A stretch of DNA of 51,837 nt from an uncultured Opitutus sp. (lineage in GTDB: Bacteria > Verrucomicrobiota > Verrucomicrobiia > Opitutales > Opitutaceae), in assembly GCA_964513055.1 (NCBI GenBank), contig CAZENI010000003.1, positions 1-51,837 of the forward strand, read 5' to 3'. The notes below the pieces were generated by a model, which did no database searches, was not told the origin of the DNA, and was given only the letters and a program-made list of their open reading frames with translations. The position numbers and the translations under genes were made by a program. How positions within the stretch are numbered: the stretch's first letter is position 1; every line of letters starts with the position of its first letter. Positions 1 to 8,214 of the stretch are shown piece after piece.

Positions 1-339
1 GACATCCAGAAGCAGGCGGCGGACATCATGGCGGCGGCGATGAAGAAGGAAGACATGCGGCTGATGTACGTCATTGGGCCGAAGACGGGGCATTCGTATC
101 ATCCCGCGGCGAAGAAGGAAATCAATGAACGGATCGACGCGATCGTGGCGGGACGGCCGGCCAGCATGCCCTTCAGCGAGGGCGCGGCGCTGACGGAGCG
201 CGTGTTGCTCGGATCGCTCGCGCAGCGGACGGGCCAGCCCGTGCGCTGGGAGCCCGGAACGATGCGCTGTCCGGGCAACGCGGCAGCAGAGGCCTTGCTA
301 CGGCCGGCGGTGCGGGCCGGCTGGCCGGCGGTGGACTGA
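1..339 (+). CDS. 5'-truncated, apparently chimeric ORF: alpha/beta-hydrolase (S9-like) His-loop segment joined to a Gfo/Idh/MocA oxidoreductase C-terminus
   Basis: Frame 1 is open from base 1. DIQKQAADIM...IGPKTGHSYHP resembles the Asp/His region of PVC esterase/peptidases. PFSEGAALTERVLLGSLAQRTGQPVRWEPGTMRCPGNAAAEALLRPAVRAGW is a typical Gfo/Idh/MocA C-terminus. Confidence 0.5.
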   Translation, partial: DIQKQAADIMAAAMKKEDMRLMYVIGPKTGHSYHPAAKKEINERIDAIVAGRPASMPFSEGAALTERVLLGSLAQRTGQPVRWEPGTMRCPGNAAAEALLRPAVRAGWPAVD

Positions 340-362
340 GGGCCGGATGGGATGACGCCGGA

Positions 363-3300
363 TCATTCCCGGCCGACGAGCGGCTGGCCGAGGCGGAGGT
401 AGGCGAACAGGTCACGGAGATCGCCGTCGCTCAAACCAGCGAGGAGGCCGGCGGGCATGAGCGAGGTGCCGAGGCCCTTAAGCGAAGCGAGATCGGTGCG
501 CTCCACGCTCACGGTGAGGCCGGCCATATCGCGGAGGACGACACGTTTCGCATCCTGCGTGGCGACGAAGCCGGAATGCACGGTGCCATCCTTCTTCGTG
601 AGCACGAAGGGCTCGTAGCCCTCGCGGATCTCCGCGTTGGGACTGACGATCGCGAGGGCGAGGCTGGCAACGTCGTCGCGCTTGAACGCGGTGAGATCGG
701 GGCCGATCTCGCCGCCGACGTTGAACAGCCGGTGGCAGGCGGCGCAGCGCTGCTGGAAGTGGGTGCGGCCGGCGTAAACATTCCCCCGACCGTCGCCGAG
801 CGCGGCGAGGAGGCGGGCGATCTCGGCGGCGTCGGCGGAAGGGGCGACGACGGCGGGGCGGCCGAAGACGCGGTCGATGCGAGCGGTGAGCGCGGTGTCG
901 GCGACGAGGCGGAGTTTCTCCTGCATCTCGGACGGCACGATCGAGGCCGCGATGGCGTTGCGCTCAAGCGCATCCAGCAGCGCGGCACCACCCGATTGGC
1001 GACTCGTGAGCACCGACAGCGCCACCGGGCGCTCTTCCGTGCCGTAGCGCGGGAAGCCGCCGATGATGGCCCGGGTGAGAGCCGGATCGTCGTAGGCCGC
1101 GGCGGCGGCGAGTGCGGCGCGCACGATCTCTTTTCTCGGATCGGTGAGCACCGCGGCGAGTTTCGCGGCGGCGGCACGATGCGGCACTTCGCCGAACGTC
1201 GTGATCGCACGCACGCGCTCGACGAGCGGGGCCGTGGCGTCCGTGACAAGTGCCAGCCCCTGCTCGAGCGCGGCGGGATCGCGCTGACGCATGCGGAGCG
1301 AGAGGGAGGCACTGCCGGTTTTCACGAGCGCGGCGATGAGCGCCTCGGGCACTACCGGCAACGCCCGGCCCTCGAAGGCCTGTTCGAATCCTCTCACCAG
1401 TTCACGACGCGCGGAGGCGTCGGGCGCGAGCGCGAGGAGTTGGGTGCACGTCTCCCAATCCTCCGCGCTGCCGGAGGCGGCGAAGCGGCGCATGAGGCGC
1501 GAGGCGAGATGGGTGGTTACGAGCGGACGGGACCAGAGGGAGTCGGCGGAAGACGGCGTGAAGAGTGCGAGCACGGCGTCGCGCTGGTTGGCGCACTGGG
1601 TCTCGATCGCCCACCAGAGCTGGAGCGGCAAATACGGATCGGCCGCGTCGGCGTCGTGGCGGAGCAAGGCGCGGACGAGCGGCAGGCCGACGGACGCCGG
1701 AAACCGCTTCGCGGAGGCGGCGAGTTGACTCCGCACCTCGACGTCGGGCTCGGACTGCGCGAGGGCGACGAGGGCTTGGGCGGTGGCGGGCGTGGCCGTG
1801 CCGGTGTCGCCGACGAGGCGCGCGGTCCAGAGGCGCACGCAGGGGTCGGCGTGGTGGAAGAGATCGCGCGCGAGCGTCTCATCGAAACCGCCGCAGAGGT
1901 TCAGCGCCCACAGGGCCTCGAGCGCGAACTGGCCCGGCGTGTTGCGCGCGAGTTCGGCGCGGAGCGGCGCGACGACGGCGGGATCGCGGCGCTCGCCGAG
2001 GACCTGGCGGGCGGACTCGCGCCACCAGCGATTGTCGTGGCGGAGGAGTGCGACAAGTTCGGCGGAGGTTTTTCTGCGCAGGTCGAACGCGGGCACGCCG
2101 GGCTTCGCGTCGCGCGCGCGGAGACGGTAAAGGCGGCCGTCGTCGCGGGTGATCTGGCCCTCGTGGTTGCGGTAGTGGTTGATCTGGAAATCGCGCCAGT
2201 CGGCGATGTAGATCGCGCCGTCGGGGCCGTGCTTGATGTCCACGGGGCGGAATTTCGCGTCATTGGTCTGCACGACCTTGTCGAGGTCGCGGGTCTGAAA
2301 GGTCGCGCCACGCGGCTGCACCTCGGTGAGCGAGAGGTAGTGGTTCATCGGATCGATGCCGATGAGCTTGCCGCGGTAAACTTCGGGCAGTGCGCCACCC
2401 TCGTAGAAAATAAAGTTGTGCGTGTAGCGCGGGACTTTGGCGTGAGCCATCGCGGGGAAATAGCCGAACGCATACGGGTTGGAGAGATCACCGTGTTTCT
2501 CGAAACCTTTCCGCAGATAGGCGCCCTGCGCGTAGTGAAAGCCGCGGGTGTCGCCGCCGTTGTGACCGGAAAAGACGCGGCCCTTGGCATCGATCTCGCA
2601 GCCGAAGGAATTGCCGCCGCCCTCGGCGAACACCTCGAAGCGCCGCGAACCGGGGTGATAACGCCAGATCCCCTGCCCCACCAGGTGCGCGATGGGTGCG
2701 GCATCGAGCTCGGGGCGCACAATGGCGCACGTGACCGTCGAGCCGACGGCGCCGTAGAGCCAGCCGTCGGGGCCCCAGCGGAGCGAATTTGCGATCGAGT
2801 GGGTGTCCTCGAGGCCGAAGCCGTCGAGCGCGACCGTGGGCGGGCCGTCGGGCACGTCGTCGTCGTTGACATCCGGATACCAGAGGAGCTGCGGCGGCGA
2901 GAGCACCCAGACCCCGCCGCGCCCGCGGCAGACGGCGGAGGTGATGTTCAGACCATCGAGAAAGGTGGTGACCCTGGCGAAGGAGCCATCGCCCTGCACA
3001 TCCTCGTGGATGGTGATGCGGTCGCGGCCCCGGAAAGCGGCCGTGGCGGGCGTGTCGTAGGGCGGCGCGGGCTTCTTCCGGTCGTAGCGCACGCGCCAGA
3101 TGCTGTCGCGGGCCAGGAGCCTGAGCCCGGCGGGCTCGGGATACTGCCGATACTGGACGACCCACATCCGGCCGCGCTCGTCGAAATTCAGAAACACAGG
3201 CTGCGCGACGACGGGCTCGCGGGCGATGAGCTCGACGGTGAGGTCGGCCGGCGTCTGCAATGGCGGTTCGGGCGGCGGCGAGGGGTCTTGGGCAGCGGCC

Positions 3301-3371
3301 GGCAGCGCCCCGCCGAGCGCGAGCGCGGCGAACAGGCGCGGGATCGAGAAGGCACGACGACGAGCGGGCAT
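363..3371 (-). CDS. PVC-type heme-binding CxxCH protein (sorbosone-dehydrogenase-like propeller + HEAT repeats + cytochrome c)
   Basis: Start moved to ATG 3371 (MPARRRAF..., signal peptide). Propeller motifs FDERGRMWV, NSLRWGPDGWLYG and FRPVDIKHGPDGAIYIADW; HEAT-like repeats; C-terminal CAACH...IGPDLT...SLMPAGL. Confidence 0.92.
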   Translation of the reverse strand: MPARRRAFSIPRLFAALALGGALPAAAQDPSPPPEPPLQTPADLTVELIAREPVVAQPVFLNFDERGRMWVVQYRQYPEPAGLRLLARDSIWRVRYDRKKPAPPYDTPATAAFRGRDRITIHEDVQGDGSFARVTTFLDGLNITSAVCRGRGGVWVLSPPQLLWYPDVNDDDVPDGPPTVALDGFGLEDTHSIANSLRWGPDGWLYGAVGSTVTCAIVRPELDAAPIAHLVGQGIWRYHPGSRRFEVFAEGGGNSFGCEIDAKGRVFSGHNGGDTRGFHYAQGAYLRKGFEKHGDLSNPYAFGYFPAMAHAKVPRYTHNFIFYEGGALPEVYRGKLIGIDPMNHYLSLTEVQPRGATFQTRDLDKVVQTNDAKFRPVDIKHGPDGAIYIADWRDFQINHYRNHEGQITRDDGRLYRLRARDAKPGVPAFDLRRKTSAELVALLRHDNRWWRESARQVLGERRDPAVVAPLRAELARNTPGQFALEALWALNLCGGFDETLARDLFHHADPCVRLWTARLVGDTGTATPATAQALVALAQSEPDVEVRSQLAASAKRFPASVGLPLVRALLRHDADAADPYLPLQLWWAIETQCANQRDAVLALFTPSSADSLWSRPLVTTHLASRLMRRFAASGSAEDWETCTQLLALAPDASARRELVRGFEQAFEGRALPVVPEALIAALVKTGSASLSLRMRQRDPAALEQGLALVTDATAPLVERVRAITTFGEVPHRAAAAKLAAVLTDPRKEIVRAALAAAAAYDDPALTRAIIGGFPRYGTEERPVALSVLTSRQSGGAALLDALERNAIAASIVPSEMQEKLRLVADTALTARIDRVFGRPAVVAPSADAAEIARLLAALGDGRGNVYAGRTHFQQRCAACHRLFNVGGEIGPDLTAFKRDDVASLALAIVSPNAEIREGYEPFVLTKKDGTVHSGFVATQDAKRVVLRDMAGLTVSVERTDLASLKGLGTSLMPAGLLAGLSDGDLRDLFAYLRLGQPLVGRE

Positions 3372-3442
3372 GGAAGGGAAATTGGCCGGCGCCGAGCCGG
3401 GACCGACGCGAACGAGCCGGGCCGGGGTCTTCGCCGCGGACG

Positions 3443-6427
3443 TCAGAACGACACCGAGTTGGTCCAGACGAAGCCGCGCGGCTCGGCGGTGAAGCGCGCG
3501 GTGCGGGCATCGCCGGTGGAGCCGTTGGGCAGGATCTGGACTTGGTATTGGTTGAAGAGGTTCTCGATGTTGACCTGCGTGGACCACTCGTAGCGGCGCG
3601 CGAATTTGAAGCGATAGGCGAGCATCGCGTTGGCCCGGACGTAGTCGGGGGCGGAAAACATCCGGCGCTCGCTGCGGGTGACGACGCCCGCGGCGTCGCG
3701 GAAGACCTGCGTGTAGGGATAAGTGCGATCCTGCATGCGCAGGAAGATCGTGCCGCCGAGGGTGAGACCCTTCAGCCGGCCCTCGGTGAACGAATAGCTG
3801 TTGGTGAAGTTGGCGGAATATTTGGCGTAGCCCGAGGTGGGCTCGCCTTCCTGCGAGACGACGATGGAGCCGCCGTTGCCGTTGGGGTCGGTGAAACGAA
3901 GCTGGTGCGCTGAAAGCGGCAGGCCGCGTCGGCCGGTCCCGACGGGGGCGCCGGTCGCGCTCGTGGTGGTGAGGCGGAGCGCGGTGGCGTTGGTGATGCG
4001 GCCGCTGTCGGGATCGAGCACGGCGAAATACGGGCTCGCGGGATTGTTCATCATCGCGACGGTGAGTTGCTGGCGCGGGGCGGCGGGGTTGGCCTGCTGC
4101 GCGGGATCGACGGTGACGAGGAGCGGCGTGCCGTCGCCGTAGGTGACGCCGCCGCGGCCGTCGGTGTTGAACTCGTCGTTGTAGAAGATCGCATATTTCT
4201 TGGACTCGCCGACCTTGCCGTCGGTGAACGCGAGCGAGAAGCGGGCGCGCCAGTTGCGCACGGGCTGGGCCGTGAGGATGAGCTCGGCGCCCTTCGATTC
4301 GCGGTCGACGTTGATCCAATTCTGCGTGGGCGAATAGGCGCCATTGATGCCCGGCGGGTTGATATCGTCGCGGAGATCGGTGGCGATGGAGACCTGCTCG
4401 TCCTTCGACTTCACGGTGAAGACGCCGACGGAGCCGGAGAAGAAGCCGGACTTGGGATCGAACTTGAGGCCGAACTCGTGGCCGATGCTGTGCGCGGTCT
4501 GCGCCACCTCGCCGTGGGGACCGAACTGCACGATGTCGGGCGGGTTGAAGGCGTTCGAGTAGCCGTAGTAGGGACGGAGAAAGCGATTGAGCCGGTAGTT
4601 GGCGCCGAGATTGAGCGAGCCGGGCGATTTCTGGGAGCGCTTGGCGTCGCCGATCTCGTAGCGTTTGTTTTCGACGTTGTTGGTGCGGTAGCCAGCGAGC
4701 GTGGTGAAGCGGTCGCCGAACCAGTCGGTCTGCGCCGCGGCGTAATACGAATCGGTGTAGCCGCGCTGATCCCAGAAGCTGCCCGTGCCGCGCACGCCGA
4801 GGGGATTGGTGCGCGTCTGCGGGAGCGCGCCGGTCTCCACGCGCTCGCCGTAAACGTAGGTGAGGCCGTCCTGACCCTTGATGGTCTGGTCGCGCCGGCC
4901 GAAGGAGAGATACTCCAGCGGACCGTTGGCGAACGCGAACCACTGCACGGGCATCGGGGTGCGGCCGATGTTGGTGTTGTTGATCTGAGCCGGATTGACG
5001 ACGGCTTTGCCGCTGGCGTCGGCCAGATAGTAGAACTGCGAGCGGCGCTTGTTGTAGACCGTCTCGTAGGTGGCGCCGAGCAGCACCTGGTTGCGGGCGA
5101 GTCCGCCGAAGAGCGCAAACTCGCCGGCGAAATTGGCGCGATAGCCGCGGCGCGTGAAACTCTCGTGCGTGTTGCCGGGCTGGAAGCCGATGGCCCACTC
5201 GTTGAACGGATTGTTGTTTCGCAACGGCGCGACGAGGTTGGTGTAGGCATTGGGTTCGCCGCGATCCATGCCGCTCACATCATACATCGTCGCGAGCTGG
5301 ACCGTGCCGAAGCGGCCGACCTTCTGCTCGAGTGAAGTCTCGTAGTGGGTGTTCTCGCGCTTCGCGCCGTAGTAGGCGGTCCGCAGCGAGTCCACGTTGT
5401 CCCAGTGGAGCCGACCCCCCATGATGTCGCCGGCCTGGCCCTGCGCGACGAGGAGCCGGAGCCGCGCGCCGTTGCGCGGATCAGCGTTGAGCCGCACGCC
5501 GTTCACGGTGGCCGCGGGCATGCTGAGCGTCGTGCCGTTGTTGGATTGCACGGTCTCGGACAGCTTGCGCGAGGTCTCGACGCGGACCGTGGTGGTCTTG
5601 GTGGCCTGCACGGCGACCTGCGCGTGGACGCCGCGGGACTTGGCGCCGAAGAAGAGGCGTGACGTGCGCTGATCCTCCATCATGCCGGAGAGCCGCAGCG
5701 CGAGACGCTGGCCGCCGAGGCCGTAGTCGACCACCCCGCGCAGCGAACCGTTGTCGTCGGTGCGGAACTGGAGGCGCGTGAGGCGCGAGTTGAAGCGGGC
5801 CTGCTTGGAGATGGCGTTGACCACGCCACCTCCGCCCACCCCGCCGTTGAGCAACGACTGCGGGCCGCGCACCACATCGACACGCTCGGTGCTGAACGCG
5901 TCGTCGATGCCGCCGGCGCCGAAGGAGTTGATGCGCATCTGGCCGGCATCGAGGCCGCGGATCTTCACGTTGACGTTGGAGGCACGGTCGCCCGGGCGAT
6001 TGGATTCGGCAGTGCCCTCGGGATTCGCGCCGCCGACGCCGGTGCCGGTGCCGTAGTTGACGACCATCTCCTCGAGCGAGGTGGCGGCAATGTCGTCGAG
6101 AAACGACTCCGTGAAGACGTCGGCCGAGACGGGGAGCTTGGAGAGTTCGGCGCTGAAGCGCGTGACGGAGTTGGTGTTGAGCGCCGAGTAGGAATCCGTG
6201 CCGCTGGCGACGACGGCGAAGGGGCTGAGTGCGACGACTTCCTCGGCGGACTTGGTCGCGGTAGAATCGGAGGAGGTGGTCGCGGGCGTGGACGTTGGCG
6301 TGCTGGCGGGCCGGACGGGCGCGGCCTGCGCCAAGGCAAGCTGCGGGGAAAATGCAAACGGAAGCGTGGCCGCGAGCGTGAGGACACGGGCGCGAAGAAA
6401 CGACGCGCAGGGGTGGCTGGTCTTCAT
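3443..6427 (-). CDS. TonB-dependent receptor (Opitutaceae type), 994 aa
   Basis: Signal peptide, VVALSPFAV TonB-box-like motif, plug motifs IRG...ERVDVVRGPQSLL..G..GGVVN, beta-barrel ending QVNIENLFN...WTNSVSF with terminal Phe. Confidence 0.92.
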   Translation of the reverse strand: MKTSHPCASFLRARVLTLAATLPFAFSPQLALAQAAPVRPASTPTSTPATTSSDSTATKSAEEVVALSPFAVVASGTDSYSALNTNSVTRFSAELSKLPVSADVFTESFLDDIAATSLEEMVVNYGTGTGVGGANPEGTAESNRPGDRASNVNVKIRGLDAGQMRINSFGAGGIDDAFSTERVDVVRGPQSLLNGGVGGGGVVNAISKQARFNSRLTRLQFRTDDNGSLRGVVDYGLGGQRLALRLSGMMEDQRTSRLFFGAKSRGVHAQVAVQATKTTTVRVETSRKLSETVQSNNGTTLSMPAATVNGVRLNADPRNGARLRLLVAQGQAGDIMGGRLHWDNVDSLRTAYYGAKRENTHYETSLEQKVGRFGTVQLATMYDVSGMDRGEPNAYTNLVAPLRNNNPFNEWAIGFQPGNTHESFTRRGYRANFAGEFALFGGLARNQVLLGATYETVYNKRRSQFYYLADASGKAVVNPAQINNTNIGRTPMPVQWFAFANGPLEYLSFGRRDQTIKGQDGLTYVYGERVETGALPQTRTNPLGVRGTGSFWDQRGYTDSYYAAAQTDWFGDRFTTLAGYRTNNVENKRYEIGDAKRSQKSPGSLNLGANYRLNRFLRPYYGYSNAFNPPDIVQFGPHGEVAQTAHSIGHEFGLKFDPKSGFFSGSVGVFTVKSKDEQVSIATDLRDDINPPGINGAYSPTQNWINVDRESKGAELILTAQPVRNWRARFSLAFTDGKVGESKKYAIFYNDEFNTDGRGGVTYGDGTPLLVTVDPAQQANPAAPRQQLTVAMMNNPASPYFAVLDPDSGRITNATALRLTTTSATGAPVGTGRRGLPLSAHQLRFTDPNGNGGSIVVSQEGEPTSGYAKYSANFTNSYSFTEGRLKGLTLGGTIFLRMQDRTYPYTQVFRDAAGVVTRSERRMFSAPDYVRANAMLAYRFKFARRYEWSTQVNIENLFNQYQVQILPNGSTGDARTARFTAEPRGFVWTNSVSF

Positions 6428-6481
6428 GGCGGGAGACGTTGGGGTGGACGGAACGCAGCGAGCGCAGCGGAATGGGCGGCG

Positions 6482-7237
6482 CTATTTTTTCCCGACGGGC
6501 GGTTCGATGTCCGCGGCGGCGCGATATTTTGGCGCCGTCCATTTCGGGTCGGGGCGCGCGGCGTAGATGCGGAGGCGGCGCAGTTCGTGCCTGCTCAGGC
6601 CGGTGGCGAGCCAGACGGAGGTCTTAGGCAACGCGAACTTGTCGTAGGTGCCGTAGACCGTGCTGCCGCCGCCGGTGGCGAGCACCTTGTCGCCGATGAG
6701 TTCCATGCGGAGCAGGTGCCAGGTGTCGGGCTGGAACTCGGTCATCTTCCGGTTGACCTGCGTGATGTGTCCGGGCGACCACTCGTCGTGCTCGAGCACG
6801 AGGCCGACGGCGCGGGACTTGTAATCGACGTTGGCCCAGAGCGACGCGGCGTAGGCGCGCGGGTTGAGCGCCTGGTTGGTCGGCGAGATGCGGCACGCGG
6901 CCCACCGGTAGTCCGGCTCCGCGCGATAGCGGAACTCGAGTTCGATGATCGCGTCGCCGAAGTCGCCCTCGACCAGGAGCACGGGCTGGTGGCCGGCCAC
7001 CCACGTGACCTCGACGCCCTCGGCGGACCGCTTCCACGTGCCGTGCGCGACGCGGGCGGTCCAGCCCTCCTTCAGCGGGACTTTTTCCTTGGTGAACTCG
7101 GCGTGCGTGCGGAAATCCTCGGCCAGGAGGAGTTCGCCTTTGAGCGCCATCTGGGCGCGAGCCGTGAGCGCGACGGAGAAGGTGGCGCCGGCGAGAGCGA
7201 CGGCGCGCGTGAGACGGAAAAGCGTAGTCGTTTTCAT
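6482..7237 (-). CDS. Secreted LamG/ConA-like (DUF1080-like) beta-sandwich protein, paralog A
   Basis: ATG 7237 MKTTTLFRL... signal peptide; GELLLAEDF, FGDAIIELEFRY, PDTWHLLRMELIGDK, ELRRLRIY. Confidence 0.7.
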   Translation of the reverse strand: MKTTTLFRLTRAVALAGATFSVALTARAQMALKGELLLAEDFRTHAEFTKEKVPLKEGWTARVAHGTWKRSAEGVEVTWVAGHQPVLLVEGDFGDAIIELEFRYRAEPDYRWAACRISPTNQALNPRAYAASLWANVDYKSRAVGLVLEHDEWSPGHITQVNRKMTEFQPDTWHLLRMELIGDKVLATGGGSTVYGTYDKFALPKTSVWLATGLSRHELRRLRIYAARPDPKWTAPKYRAAADIEPPVGKK

Positions 7238-7275
7238 GCGAAGAAAAACTGCGGGCGGGACTGTGCGGCTGGCCG

Positions 7276-8007
7276 TCACTCGGACTTCTTCGCGGGAGCG
7301 GCAGCGGGCGGCGTGGTGGCCTTGGGTCGCGGCCACGCGGGGTTGGGGCGGGCGGCGTAGATGCGGAGGTTCCGGATCTCGTGCGGGCTCTGGCCGGTCG
7401 CGAGCCAGACGGAGGTTTTCGGCAGGCCGTATTTTTCGTGGGTGCCGTGGATCGTGACGCCGTTGCAGGAGGCGGCGGCCTTATTGCCGATGGTTTCGAC
7501 GCGGTAGGTGTGCCACGTGTCGGGCGCGAAGTCGGCCTTGGCGTAGGAGACGCGCGTGATGGGACCGTCCCAGACATCGTTCTCGAGCAGGAAGCCGCGG
7601 CCGCGGGACTTGAAGTCGACGTTCGCCCAGGTGGAGAGCGCGTAGCCGCGCGGGAAGAGCGCGGGATTGGTGGCGGAGATGCGGCACGCGGCCCATTTGC
7701 CCGGCTCGGCGCGGTAGCGAAACTCGAGTTCGATGATCACATCGCCAAACGCGCCCTCGAGCACGAGCACGGGGCTGTGGCCGGTCTCCCACGTGCTCTG
7801 GACGCCTTCGGTAGTGCGTTTCCAGATACCGTGCGCGACGCGCACCTCCCAGCCCTCGCGCAGCGGGAGTTTCTCCTTCGTGTAGGTGGCGTGGCGCTGG
7901 AAGTTCTCCTCCAGCAGCAGCGGGCCCTTGACGGCGATTTGGGCGGAGGCGGTGAGCGCGCCGGCGAGAAAGCCGAGCGCGGCGACGAGGCGGCGAAGAC
8001 GGGGCAT
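7276..8007 (-). CDS. Secreted LamG/ConA-like (DUF1080-like) beta-sandwich protein, paralog B
   Basis: ATG 8007 MPRLRRLVAAL... signal peptide; collinear with paralog A (RVAHG.WKR, FGD.IIELEFRYRAEP, WAACRIS, WANVD.KSR, LPKTSVWLATG, RIYAARP). Confidence 0.72.
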   Translation of the reverse strand: MPRLRRLVAALGFLAGALTASAQIAVKGPLLLEENFQRHATYTKEKLPLREGWEVRVAHGIWKRTTEGVQSTWETGHSPVLVLEGAFGDVIIELEFRYRAEPGKWAACRISATNPALFPRGYALSTWANVDFKSRGRGFLLENDVWDGPITRVSYAKADFAPDTWHTYRVETIGNKAAASCNGVTIHGTHEKYGLPKTSVWLATGQSPHEIRNLRIYAARPNPAWPRPKATTPPAAAPAKKSE

Positions 8008-8084
8008 GGGGTGAACGGGGTTGGCGACCGACGCCGCGCATCCTAGCACCCCGGCGCCGCGCGTCGCTTGTCGGCGCGGGCGAT

Positions 8085-8110
8085 TCGCGTTGTGGATTCG
8101 GGCAACGCGA
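8085..8110. promoter_or_regulatory. 8-bp inverted repeat upstream of the LamG-like pair (possible operator or hairpin)
   Basis: TCGCGTTG (8085-8092) / CAACGCGA (8103-8110), 10-nt spacer, intergenic. Confidence 0.3.
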
Positions 8111-8184
8111 TTGCGCGGGGCTGACCGCGCCCGGGGTTCCGGCCGCTCCGCCGCCACGGGCGAGCAACTTTCGGCGGGCTACTC

Positions 8185-8203
8185 ACGAGGCGGGACGCCT
8201 CGT
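8185..8203. repeat. GC-rich hairpin just after the TBDR stop (REP-like or mRNA-stabilising)
   Basis: ACGAGGCG-GGA-CGCCTCGT, perfect 8-bp stem 11 nt downstream of the stop at 8215; no U-tract. Confidence 0.45.
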
Positions 8204-8214
8204 CCAGGACGCGC

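Noticed and set aside
3372-5198. N-terminal extension of the 1611-aa ORF, suggesting a giant fusion
   Set aside because: It is Arg-rich off-frame translation overlapping the TBDR; the real protein starts with a signal peptide at 3371.
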